Source: an uncultured Chloroflexia bacterium (GTDB taxonomy: Bacteria > Chloroflexota > Limnocylindria > Limnocylindrales > CSP1-4). From it: a stretch of DNA of 64,000 nucleotides. The notes below the pieces were generated by a model, which had not been told where the DNA came from, ran no database searches, and saw only the letters and a program-made list of their open reading frames with translations. The number at the start of each line of letters is the position of its first letter. The first letter of the stretch is position 1. Location: positions 12,291 to 76,290 of the forward strand of contig CAVRKQ010000010.1 of NCBI GenBank assembly GCA_963722105.1. The letters are read 5' to 3'. Both the position numbers and the translations under genes were made by a program. Below are positions 38,205 through 46,814 of this stretch, piece by piece.

Positions 38205-39566
38205 TCAGCCGGCAGGGCCGAAGAAGGCCAGGTGCGGGCCGCCGTCCGCAATCCGCTGGGCCAGAAGCGCCGCCTCGACGAGGTGGTAGTCGCCCCACAT
38301 GACGGACTCGCCGCGCGGGACACCATCACTGTCCGGCGCAGAGTCCCATCCCCGGGGCCGGTGATAGACGCCGTGCAGGAGGAGGCCCTGGTGGTCGTCG
38401 TTCGTCGCCACGTAGGGTTCCGACAGGACGGTCCGAAGCGTCGTGAGGCCGGCGGCCGTGTAGCGCTGGCCATCGGCGTCGCCCCGGGCGCTCAGCCATC
38501 GTCCGAGGCGCAGGAGGCCCTGGGCCCCGATCGCCGCCGCGGAGCTGTCGACCGGCTCGTGATGGTTGAACGGGTTCGATGGTCGGTCGCGCCAATCCGG
38601 CATGAGCGCGAGTCCCGGCGCACCGGTGTCCCAGTACGGGACACCGTCCGCCGCGGTGTTGGCGATGAAGAAGTCGCAGGACGCGCGGGCTGCCCGCAGG
38701 AGCATGTCCGTGACCGCGGTGCGGCCGCCGAAGGCGTCGAGCTCGTCGTCCTGCAGCGTGTCCAGGAACTCCAGCAGTTCCGGGTAGCCCGTCATGATCC
38801 AGGCCAGGCCTCTGGTCCAGGTGGAGAACGGGGAGTAGCCCTGTTGCGTCGAAGGCGCTCGGTACCGGCCGTCGTTGACGTTGAAGACGCTCTCGTGGGC
38901 GACGCGACCCCACTCGTCGTACGAGTCACGTCCCTCGCCATAGAAGACGTTCCAGCGGGCCGTCGTCGCGGCGTGCTCGAGGCCGCGGCCAAGCAGCGAG
39001 ATCGCCTCGTCGTTCTCGCCCATCAGAACGTGGCCCAACCGGTGCGCGAGGAAGAGGACGCGCACGGACCGGATCGTGTCCGCGAACAGGGACTGTGGCC
39101 CATTGAACGAGTAGATGTAGCCCGACCCCTCGTGCGTCGTGCGCCAACGGGCGGCCTGCACCGCGCCTGACGCCTTGAGCGCGAGCTCGTAGAACGCGAG
39201 CTCCCAGGGGTTGCGGGGAAGACGGCCCTCGAGCATCAGGCGCCACAGGTTGCCGTAGGTCGAGACGTTGTTGAATCCGTGGTCGTGGACGCCGACGTGC
39301 GAGACGTGCAGCGCCATCCGCTCGACCGTGCCCCGCCGCCCCATTTCGAGGAAACGCTTGTCGCCCGTGGCGTCGTACTGCAAGATCGCCCAGCCGAACT
39401 GGAAGCCCTGCGTCCACTCGGTCCAGCCCTGGCTGTCGTAGCGACCCCGGACGGTGAACACGGGCGAGCCTTTCGCCGGGTCCCAGGACGCGAACAGGTT
39501 GGCGATCTTCGCGCCCGAGATGGGCCAGAACGCGGAGAGGGGCTCCCGCAGGTGTTCGAAGGTCAT
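38205..39566 (-). CDS. Glycoside hydrolase family 88 (unsaturated glucuronyl hydrolase-like), cytoplasmic
   Basis: Start at MTFEHL (ATG 39566). GH88 hallmarks GVPYWDTGAP, EPVDSSAAAIGAQGLLRL and WGDYHLVEAALL. No signal peptide. Confidence 0.75.
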   Translation of the reverse strand: MTFEHLREPLSAFWPISGAKIANLFASWDPAKGSPVFTVRGRYDSQGWTEWTQGFQFGWAILQYDATGDKRFLEMGRRGTVERMALHVSHVGVHDHGFNNVSTYGNLWRLMLEGRLPRNPWELAFYELALKASGAVQAARWRTTHEGSGYIYSFNGPQSLFADTIRSVRVLFLAHRLGHVLMGENDEAISLLGRGLEHAATTARWNVFYGEGRDSYDEWGRVAHESVFNVNDGRYRAPSTQQGYSPFSTWTRGLAWIMTGYPELLEFLDTLQDDELDAFGGRTAVTDMLLRAARASCDFFIANTAADGVPYWDTGAPGLALMPDWRDRPSNPFNHHEPVDSSAAAIGAQGLLRLGRWLSARGDADGQRYTAAGLTTLRTVLSEPYVATNDDHQGLLLHGVYHRPRGWDSAPDSDGVPRGESVMWGDYHLVEAALLAQRIADGGPHLAFFGPAG

Positions 39567-39909
39567 GGAGGAGTCGATGATCACCGGCGCTCCGTTTGCG
39601 TTGGACGGCCGAGTCGCGGCTCGTGTGATCGGCGACTGGTGGGCGCATGGTACGAGACACCTCACCACCGTGGCCGGGGCGCGGCGCTTCACTTTCGTCC
39701 ACCTTCTGGCGACGCCCATAGGTATGCCGGGTCCGCTCGGCCGCGTACCGTCGTGGTGAACCTTGGGGTTCTGCGCCGTGTCGGAGGAGGCCGGCGACGG
39801 CTGCGCCCTTCATCCGACCGGATTCGGGTGCTTCGTCGTTCATTGCCGCAACGCAGCGCCGCTTCCTGGCCGCCGGGCGCGTCGCTGGAGTAGGGAGGAC
39901 AACGACTGC

Positions 39910-40956
39910 GTGTTGAACGCGGCGGCCCCGGACGTCGTGACGTTTGGCGAGATCATGCTGCGTCTCGCGGCGCCCGACGGCGTTCGGCTCGCAGGTGCCC
40001 AGGTGCTGGACGCGACCTTCGGCGGTGGCGAGGCCAACGTTGCCATCTCGCTCGCGGGCTTCGGCGTCCCGGCCCGGTTCGTGACCCGAGTGCCTGCCAA
40101 CGACCTGGGCGAGGGTGCAGTTCGCTTCCTGCGCGGCTTCGGCGTCGACACCTCGGGCGTGGCGGTCGAGGCGGGGCGCCTCGGTGTCTACTTCCTGGAG
40201 CCAGGGGCCTCCCAGCGTGGCAGCCGGGTCGTCTACGATCGGGCCGACTCGTGCACCGCCAGAGCTGGTGCCGACGCCTATGACTGGGCGTCGCTCCTGG
40301 CAGGGGCCCGCTGGTTCCACACCACTGGAATCACGCCTGCGCTCTCATCCACCGCCGCCGAGGCGACGCTGGCTGCTGTTCGGGCCGCTCGCGCCGCTGG
40401 TGCCACCGTCTCCGTCGACCTCAACTATCGCGCCAAGCTCTGGAGCTGGGGTGCTGCCGCCGGCGATGTCATGGCGGGGATCGTGGCCGAGGCCGACGTT
40501 CTGATCGGCAACGAGGAGGACGCCGAGAAGGTGTTCGGGATCCGAGCGCCCGGGAGCTCCGTGGGGGAAGGCCGCGTCGACGCGACCGGGTACGCGTCCG
40601 TCGCGACCCAGCTGGCCGGCCGGTTTCCTCAGCTCCGCACGATCGCGTTCACGCAGCGCGGGTCGATCTCGGCGTCCGAGAATACGTGGTCGGGCGTGAT
40701 CTGGACCCCGGACGCGTTCCACGTCGCGAGGTCCTATCGCATCGCCCCGATCGTGGATCGCGTCGGTGCCGGGGACTCCTTCGCCGCCGGGCTGATCTAC
40801 GCGCTCCTCGAGGAGCGGTCGCTCGAGGCCGCCCTCGAGTTCGCCGTCGCAGCCTCGTGCCTGAAGCATTCGATCCGCGGTGACGTGAACCAGGTGTCCG
40901 TAGCCGAGGTGGACGCGCTGGCGACCGGCTCCGGCTCGGGACGGGTGGACCGGTGA
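39910..40956 (+). CDS. kdgK: 2-dehydro-3-deoxygluconokinase (PfkB family)
   Basis: GTG 39910 follows GGGAGGA. Sequence FGEIMLRL...FGGGEANVAISLAGFG...DRVGAGDSFAAGLIY. Confidence 0.85.
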   Translation: MLNAAAPDVVTFGEIMLRLAAPDGVRLAGAQVLDATFGGGEANVAISLAGFGVPARFVTRVPANDLGEGAVRFLRGFGVDTSGVAVEAGRLGVYFLEPGASQRGSRVVYDRADSCTARAGADAYDWASLLAGARWFHTTGITPALSSTAAEATLAAVRAARAAGATVSVDLNYRAKLWSWGAAAGDVMAGIVAEADVLIGNEEDAEKVFGIRAPGSSVGEGRVDATGYASVATQLAGRFPQLRTIAFTQRGSISASENTWSGVIWTPDAFHVARSYRIAPIVDRVGAGDSFAAGLIYALLEERSLEAALEFAVAASCLKHSIRGDVNQVSVAEVDALATGSGSGRVDR

Positions 40957-41675
40957 CGGTCTCGCGTCGCCTCGAGGTGCTGATCGCCGCTGTTGAGACC
41001 GGCGTGCTGCCCCTCTTCTCCACGCCCGATTCTGATCGCGCCCTCCGGATCACGGCGGCCCTCCGCGAGGGCGGCGCGCGGGTGATCGAGTTCACCGACC
41101 GCGGTCCGGGGGCGTGGGCTGCCTTCACGGCGCTGGCTGACGAGGCCGCCAGGCACGATCCGGAGTCCATCCTGGGCGCCGGCTCGATCCGCGACCCCGA
41201 AGCTGCGGACCGGTTCATCGCATCCGGCGCCCGATTCATCGTGGGCCCGAGCTTCTCGGCCGAGGTTGCCCGCCTGTGCAATCGCCGGCGCATCCCGTAC
41301 GTGCCCGGCTGCGCAACGCCCACGGAGATCGTGGCCGCAGAGGAATCGGGGGTCGAGCTCGTCAAGGTGTTCCCCGGCGACAGCCTCGGCCCCGCCTTCC
41401 TCAAGGCGATCCGCGGCCCGCTCCCGGAGACGCAGGTCGTGGTGACAGGCGGGGTCCAGGCGACCGAGGCCAGCGTCCGCGAATGGATCGACGCCGGCGC
41501 CGCCTGCCTCGGCATCGGCTCGGCCCTCGTGAGCAAGGCGTATACGGACCCGAGCTCGGACGTTGACCCCGCGGCACTGACCCCGGCTGTCGCCGACCTC
41601 ATCGCCCTCGTCGCCGCCGCCCGAAACGGCGCCGCGCAGCATCCCGCCTCACCCGGAAGGAGCGCGCAGTCGTGA
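40953..41675 (+). CDS. eda: KDPG / 4-hydroxy-2-oxoglutarate aldolase
   Basis: GTGA overlap with kdgK. Sequence VIEFTDRG...LGAGSIRD...FIVGPSF...PGCATPTEI...VKVFPG (Schiff-base Lys region). Confidence 0.85.
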   Translation: MTVSRRLEVLIAAVETGVLPLFSTPDSDRALRITAALREGGARVIEFTDRGPGAWAAFTALADEAARHDPESILGAGSIRDPEAADRFIASGARFIVGPSFSAEVARLCNRRRIPYVPGCATPTEIVAAEESGVELVKVFPGDSLGPAFLKAIRGPLPETQVVVTGGVQATEASVREWIDAGAACLGIGSALVSKAYTDPSSDVDPAALTPAVADLIALVAAARNGAAQHPASPGRSAQS

Positions 41676-43174
41676 CCCCGGCGATCACCCGTCGCGAGTA
41701 CGAGAACCTCATCGACGGCCGGTGGGCGGCTGCTGCGGACGGCGACACCTTCGAGCGGATCAGCCCTGCCCACGACGTGGCCGTGGGCCGCTACCCGAGG
41801 GCCGGCGTGGAGGACCTCGAGCGGGCGGTCGCCGCGGCGCGGCGGGCGTTCGACGAGGGCCCGTGGCCCACGATGCCGGGGGTCGATCGCGCTCGGATCC
41901 TCAACCGAGTCGCCGAGGCCATTCGCGCGGACGCCGACGACCTCGCCTACATCGAGGCGCTCGAGAGTGGCAAGCCGGTGACCCAGGCGCGCGACGAGAT
42001 CGTGTCGTCCGCCGACCTGTGGGAGTACGCCGCAACGCTGTGCCGTCACACCTACGGTGACACGTACAACACCCTGGGTGCCTCGATGTTCGGCATCGTC
42101 CTGCGGGAGCCCGTCGGTGTCGTGGGGATGATCACCCCGTGGAACTTCCCGCTCCTGATCATCAGCCAGAAGCTGCCCTTCGCCCTCGCCGTCGGCTGCA
42201 CGGCCGTCGTCAAGCCCGCGGAGATCACCCCTGGGACCACCCTTCGCCTCGCCCGGATGGCGCAGGAGGCGGGGCTCCCTGACGGCGTCCTGAACGTCGT
42301 CACCGGATCGGGACGCGTGATCGGCACGCCGCTGGCGGCGCATCCGGACGTTGACATGATCAGCTTCACGGGCTCGACCGACGTCGGCCGGCGAGTGATC
42401 GACGCCTCGAAGAGCAACCTCAAGAAGGTCGAGCTCGAGCTCGGCGGCAAGAACCCCCAGCTCGTCTTCGCCGATGCCGACCTGGACGCCGCGCTGGACG
42501 CGGTGGTCTTTGGCGTCTACTTCAACATGGGCGAATGCTGCAACAGCGGCAGCCGCCTCCTCGTGCAGCGCTCGATCGCGGACGAGTTCATCGCCGCTGT
42601 CGTCGAGCGATCCAGGACCGTTCCCGTCGGCGACCCCCTGGACCCCGAGACCAAGGTCGGCGCGATCGCGACCGACGAGCAGTTCGACAAGATCGTGGAG
42701 CTCGTCGACTCCGGTCGGGCCGAGGGGGCAGACCTGCTCCTCGGCGGCGGCCGGCTGGACACCGAGCAGGGCCGATTCATGGCGCCGACGGTGTTCTCGG
42801 GCGTGGCGCCGACCATGCGGATCGCCCGCGAGGAGATCTTCGGGCCGGTCCTGTCGGTGTTGACGTTCGACACGCCCGAGGAAGCGGTGCGGATCGCCAA
42901 CGCTACCCCGTTCGGGCTGTCCGCCGGCGTCTGGACTCGCGATTTCGACACCGTCATCAACATGAGCCGAGCCATTCGCGCCGGCACGATCTGGGTCAAC
43001 ACGTTCCTGGACGGATACCCCGAGCTGCCCTTCGGTGGCTACAAGGAGAGCGGCATCGGACGCGAGTTCGGGCGGTTCAGCATCGACGCCTTCACGGAGC
43101 TGAAGTCGGTCCAGATGCACATCGGCCCGCGCACGTCGTGGTGGATGCCCCGCCCCGGGGCCGCCTCGACATGA
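41672..43174 (+). CDS. NAD(P)-dependent aldehyde dehydrogenase
   Basis: GTGA overlap with eda. Catalytic Glu in ELGGKNP and Cys in GECCNSGSR. 500 aa, uninterrupted. Confidence 0.9.
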   Translation: MTPAITRREYENLIDGRWAAAADGDTFERISPAHDVAVGRYPRAGVEDLERAVAAARRAFDEGPWPTMPGVDRARILNRVAEAIRADADDLAYIEALESGKPVTQARDEIVSSADLWEYAATLCRHTYGDTYNTLGASMFGIVLREPVGVVGMITPWNFPLLIISQKLPFALAVGCTAVVKPAEITPGTTLRLARMAQEAGLPDGVLNVVTGSGRVIGTPLAAHPDVDMISFTGSTDVGRRVIDASKSNLKKVELELGGKNPQLVFADADLDAALDAVVFGVYFNMGECCNSGSRLLVQRSIADEFIAAVVERSRTVPVGDPLDPETKVGAIATDEQFDKIVELVDSGRAEGADLLLGGGRLDTEQGRFMAPTVFSGVAPTMRIAREEIFGPVLSVLTFDTPEEAVRIANATPFGLSAGVWTRDFDTVINMSRAIRAGTIWVNTFLDGYPELPFGGYKESGIGREFGRFSIDAFTELKSVQMHIGPRTSWWMPRPGAAST

Positions 43175-44763
43175 GCCGCCTCGTGCCGGTTTTGTCGGCG
43201 GCCGAGGCCGTCGGGCGCATCCCGACGGGAGCGACCGTGTCGGTCAGCTCCTCGAGCGGGCTCGGCTGTCCCGATGTGGTCCTGCGAGCCCTGGGCGAAC
43301 GGTACGCGGCGACCGGCGAGGGCGGTGGCCTGACGCTCCTCCATCCGATCGCCGCCGGCGACATGTACGGCATCGACGGCGTCGACCACCTGACCGCTCC
43401 CGGCCAGATCCGCCGCATCATCGCCGGCTCCTACCCGAGCGGCCCGTCCTCGGCTCCCCCGCCCAGGATCGTGGCCGCGATCGAGTCGAATGCCATCGAG
43501 GCCTACAACATCCCGTCGGGGATCCTGTTCCAGCTGCACCGGGCGGCAGCGGTCGGCCAACCGGGCGTCATGACCGAGGTGGGCATGGACACGTTCATGG
43601 ACCCGCGTCGCCACGGCGGCCGCATGAATGCCAGGACGACCGAGGACATCGTGTCGGTGGTCGATTTCGACGGCCGTGAGTGGCTCTACCTGCGGTCGAT
43701 CCCGGTCGACGTCGCGATCATCCGCGCGACGACCGCCGACGAGTTCGGGAACCTCACGAGCGAGGAGGAGGGCGCGCCGCTCGGCGTCCTGGACCAGGCC
43801 CTCGCCGCGCATAACAACGGCGGCTTCGTCATCGCCCAGGTGAAGCGTTTCGCCAAGGGCAGGACGCTGCCCGCGCAGGCCGTCCGCGTGCCGGGAATCG
43901 TGGTCGACGCGATCGTCCTCGCCCCGGAGCAGCTCCAGACGACACAGACCGCGTTCCTGCCCGAGGCGGCCGGCCTCTATCGCGCCCCAAGCTCTGCGCT
44001 CGAGCTCGCGCAATGGGGCGCCGACAAGGTGATCGCCCGGCGGGCGGCGATGGAGCTTCGCGATGGCGAGGCGGTGAACCTCGGGTTCGGCGTCTCCGCC
44101 TACGTGCCACGGATCCTGCTGGAGGAGGGCTTGGACGGCGCCGTGACCTGGGTCATCGAGCAGGGCGCGGTCGGCGGCGTTCCGTTCCTCGGGTTCGCCT
44201 TCGGCTGTGCCCAGAACCCGGACGCGCTCCTGGCGTCGCCGGACCAGTTCCAGTACCTCCAGGGTGGCGGCTTCGACCGGGCGATGCTGTCGTTCCTCGA
44301 GGTCGATGCCGACGGCAACGTCAACGTCTCGCGCCTCGCGGGCCGCCCGCACGTCACCGCGGGGGTCGGCGGGTTCGTCGACATCACCGCCCGCGCGAAG
44401 CGGATCGTCTTCTCCGGCTACTTCACCGCCGGCGCCCAGATCGCCGTCGAGGACGGGCTCGTCAGCGTCGTCAAGGAAGGCAAGCACCAGCGATTCGTGC
44501 CCCAGGTGCAGCACGTGACCTTGAGTGGCCGGCGCGCCCGCGAGCTCGGGCAGGAGGTCGTGTTCATCACCGAGCGATGCGTGATCCGGTTGCTGCCCGA
44601 CGGCCTCACGGTCACCGAGATCGCCCCCGGCATCGATGTATCGCGCGACATCGTCGGCCAGACGTCGGTCGAGCTTCTGATCAGCCAGGACCTCCGCGAG
44701 ATGGATCCGCGCCTGTTCCGCCCCGAGCCGATGGGCCTGCAGCTCGCGGGCCGCGCCGCATGA
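43171..44763 (+). CDS. Family I acyl-CoA:acetate/3-ketoacid CoA-transferase, fused alpha-beta (YdiF-like)
   Basis: ATGA overlap with the ALDH gene. 530 aa with catalytic-Glu region VIEQGAVGGVP. This is the tail of the 742-aa ORF 42535-44763. Confidence 0.8.
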   Translation: MSRLVPVLSAAEAVGRIPTGATVSVSSSSGLGCPDVVLRALGERYAATGEGGGLTLLHPIAAGDMYGIDGVDHLTAPGQIRRIIAGSYPSGPSSAPPPRIVAAIESNAIEAYNIPSGILFQLHRAAAVGQPGVMTEVGMDTFMDPRRHGGRMNARTTEDIVSVVDFDGREWLYLRSIPVDVAIIRATTADEFGNLTSEEEGAPLGVLDQALAAHNNGGFVIAQVKRFAKGRTLPAQAVRVPGIVVDAIVLAPEQLQTTQTAFLPEAAGLYRAPSSALELAQWGADKVIARRAAMELRDGEAVNLGFGVSAYVPRILLEEGLDGAVTWVIEQGAVGGVPFLGFAFGCAQNPDALLASPDQFQYLQGGGFDRAMLSFLEVDADGNVNVSRLAGRPHVTAGVGGFVDITARAKRIVFSGYFTAGAQIAVEDGLVSVVKEGKHQRFVPQVQHVTLSGRRARELGQEVVFITERCVIRLLPDGLTVTEIAPGIDVSRDIVGQTSVELLISQDLREMDPRLFRPEPMGLQLAGRAA

Positions 44764-45545
44764 CCGTGACCGAGTCCACCGCCATCCGCCTCTCGGTCGA
44801 CGGGTCCATCGCGACGATCACCCTCGATCGGCCGGAGAAGCTCAATGCGCTGACCCCGGCCATGCTCGAGGCGCTCGAGGCGGCGCTCACCTCGATCGAG
44901 GCTGACGAGGCAATTCGCGTGGTCCTGCTCACAGGCGCGGGTGAGCGCGCGTTCTGTGCCGGTGCCGACGTCGATGCGTGGTCCGCGTTGGCGCCCATCG
45001 ACATGTGGCGCTGGTGGGTGCGCCTGGGACACCGGGTGATGGACCGTCTCGAAGGGCTCCGTCAGCCCACGATCGCCGCATTGAACGGCATCGCCTATGG
45101 CGGCGGCCTCGAGCTGGCCCTTGCGTGCGACCTTCGGATCGCGGCCGACACCGTCAAGGTTGCCGCGCCCGAGGTCGGGATCGGCACGATCCCCGCCTGG
45201 GGCATGACCACGCGCCTTGCCGGGGTGGCGGGACCCGCGCGCGCCAAGCAGCTGATCCTGACCGGCGAGCCCATCGACGCGCGACGCGCCGAAGCCTGGG
45301 GGATCCTCTCGGAGGTCGTGCCCGCGCCGGAGCTCCAGGATGCCGCTCGCCGGACCGCCGAACGCATCGCCGCACAGGCCCCCGTTGCCGTCCAGGTCGC
45401 CAAGCAGCTGATCGACGGGCTGCGGCCCCGCGCCGCCGGGTCGCTGGAGGCCCTGGGGAGCGGTCTCGCCGCATTCACCGACGACGCGGGCGAAGGTCAG
45501 GCCAGCTTCCGAGAGCGCCGTCCGGCCAGGTTCGAGGGGTCATGA
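44760..45545 (+). CDS. Enoyl-CoA hydratase/isomerase (crotonase) family protein
   Basis: ATGA overlap with the CoA-transferase gene. Sequence ITLDRPEKLNAL...FCAGADV...NGIAYGGGLELALACDLRIA. Confidence 0.9.
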   Translation: MTVTESTAIRLSVDGSIATITLDRPEKLNALTPAMLEALEAALTSIEADEAIRVVLLTGAGERAFCAGADVDAWSALAPIDMWRWWVRLGHRVMDRLEGLRQPTIAALNGIAYGGGLELALACDLRIAADTVKVAAPEVGIGTIPAWGMTTRLAGVAGPARAKQLILTGEPIDARRAEAWGILSEVVPAPELQDAARRTAERIAAQAPVAVQVAKQLIDGLRPRAAGSLEALGSGLAAFTDDAGEGQASFRERRPARFEGS

Positions 45546-45708
45546 CGCGCCCGCCTCGCTCTTCGATCGATCTACCCGCCGACGACTGCACGAAAAGAGA
45601 CTCGCGTGGAGGTGCGATGAGGCGATAGACTCCCCGCCGGAGGACGATGGCGCTTGCCACGAATTGATCGTGTGAACCGCCAACCCAAGCTGTGAGGACC
45701 AGGACCAT

Positions 45709-46701
45709 ATGAAGCGAAGCTCATTCTCGCTCGTCGCCCTTTCGTCGGTAGCGATCATCGTCGCTGCCTGCGGCGGCGGCGGCGGCTCAAGCGCTGCTCC
45801 CGGCACCGGGGCGCCGAGCGGCGCGGCCGAGAAGCCCAAGCTTGTGTTCGTCGCGCAGATCGACAATCCGTCCCAGGGCTTCTCCTGGAAGATGTACCAG
45901 AAGAACGCCGACAAGTACGGCTTCGCCGTCTCAGTCTGCGACAACAAGAACGACGTTCAGCAGCAGACCACCTGCATCAACGACGCCGTCGCGGCTGGCG
46001 TCGACGCCATCGCGATCAACCCCAAGGATGAGGTTGGCTACGTCCCCGCGACGAAGGCCGCAATGGCGGACGGCGTGGTCGTGTGCCTCAGCATGGTGCC
46101 GCCCGCCGAGGAAGCGCTCGACGGTTCCACCTGCTCGGTGAGCGTCGATGACATCCTCGGTGGCAACACCGCCGCGGAAGCGATCATCGCGGCCTTCCCG
46201 GACGGCGCCACCGGCGTCGAGATCGGCGGCCAGGGCGGGCACGTCGCCGCGACGAACCGCCATGAAGGCTTCAGCCAGGGCATCGAAGGCAAGAACATCA
46301 CGGTCCTGGACTATCAGAACCCGACGGCGTGGGACACCGCCGAGGCCCAGGCCATCGCCGAGGACATGATCACCAAGTACGGTGACCAGATCCAGTTCGT
46401 CTTCACCCACTGGGACAACGGTGCGACGGGCGTCATCAACGCCTTGAAGGCCGTCAATGAGCCGTGGGCGAACGAGGTCCTGATCATCGGCGTCGATGGC
46501 AACAAGGTGGGCTTCCAGCAGGTCGAGAGCTGGCCGAACTACATCTCGATCGCCCAGAACGCCGAGACGATCACCTCGAAGGTCATGGAGCAGTCCATGC
46601 TCTGGATCAACAAGGATCCGGCGGCGGTCAAGGCGAACATCATCCCGTTCGACATCATCAACAAGGAGACGATCGGCAACTTCACCGCCCCCGAGTGGTG
46701 A
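45709..46701 (+). CDS. Sugar ABC transporter substrate-binding lipoprotein (CUT2/ribose-binding-protein fold)
   Basis: Lipobox IVAACGGGGG and Peripla_BP-like alternating beta-alpha sequence. It leads an ATPase plus two-permease operon. Confidence 0.85.
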   Translation: MKRSSFSLVALSSVAIIVAACGGGGGSSAAPGTGAPSGAAEKPKLVFVAQIDNPSQGFSWKMYQKNADKYGFAVSVCDNKNDVQQQTTCINDAVAAGVDAIAINPKDEVGYVPATKAAMADGVVVCLSMVPPAEEALDGSTCSVSVDDILGGNTAAEAIIAAFPDGATGVEIGGQGGHVAATNRHEGFSQGIEGKNITVLDYQNPTAWDTAEAQAIAEDMITKYGDQIQFVFTHWDNGATGVINALKAVNEPWANEVLIIGVDGNKVGFQQVESWPNYISIAQNAETITSKVMEQSMLWINKDPAAVKANIIPFDIINKETIGNFTAPEW

Positions 46702-46715
46702 GAGCCTGATTGCAT

Positions 46716-46748
46716 GGAGAGACCCCATCCACCGGGTGGGGTCTCTCT
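46716..46748 (+). promoter_or_regulatory. Intercistronic stem-loop between the binding-protein and ATPase genes
   Basis: Perfect 11-bp stem GAGAGACCCCA (46717-46727) / TGGGGTCTCTC (46737-46747) with a 9-nt loop. No clear U-tract, so it is more likely an mRNA-stabilising or attenuating hairpin than a full terminator. Confidence 0.6.
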
Positions 46749-46814
46749 GATTCCTCTACCGTAGATTTGACTTCGCACCCTCCTGCGGCAACACGCGGCT
46801 CGATGGAGACAGCA

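Noticed and set aside
39567-39909. Small regulator gene or ncRNA in the 343-nt divergent region between GH88 and kdgK (ORF 39454-39759; weak inverted repeat GAACC-ttgg-GGTTC near 39750)
   Set aside because: The ORF overlaps the GH88 start and has no protein-like features. The inverted repeat is only 5 bp. I could not support anything beyond 'divergent promoter region'.
40649-43120. 823-aa minus-strand ORF, and similar ones at 43039-44514, 49336-50337 and 61607-63103
   Set aside because: They are antisense to well-supported kdgK/eda/ALDH, CoA-transferase, permease and helicase genes. These are typical GC-rich shadow ORFs.
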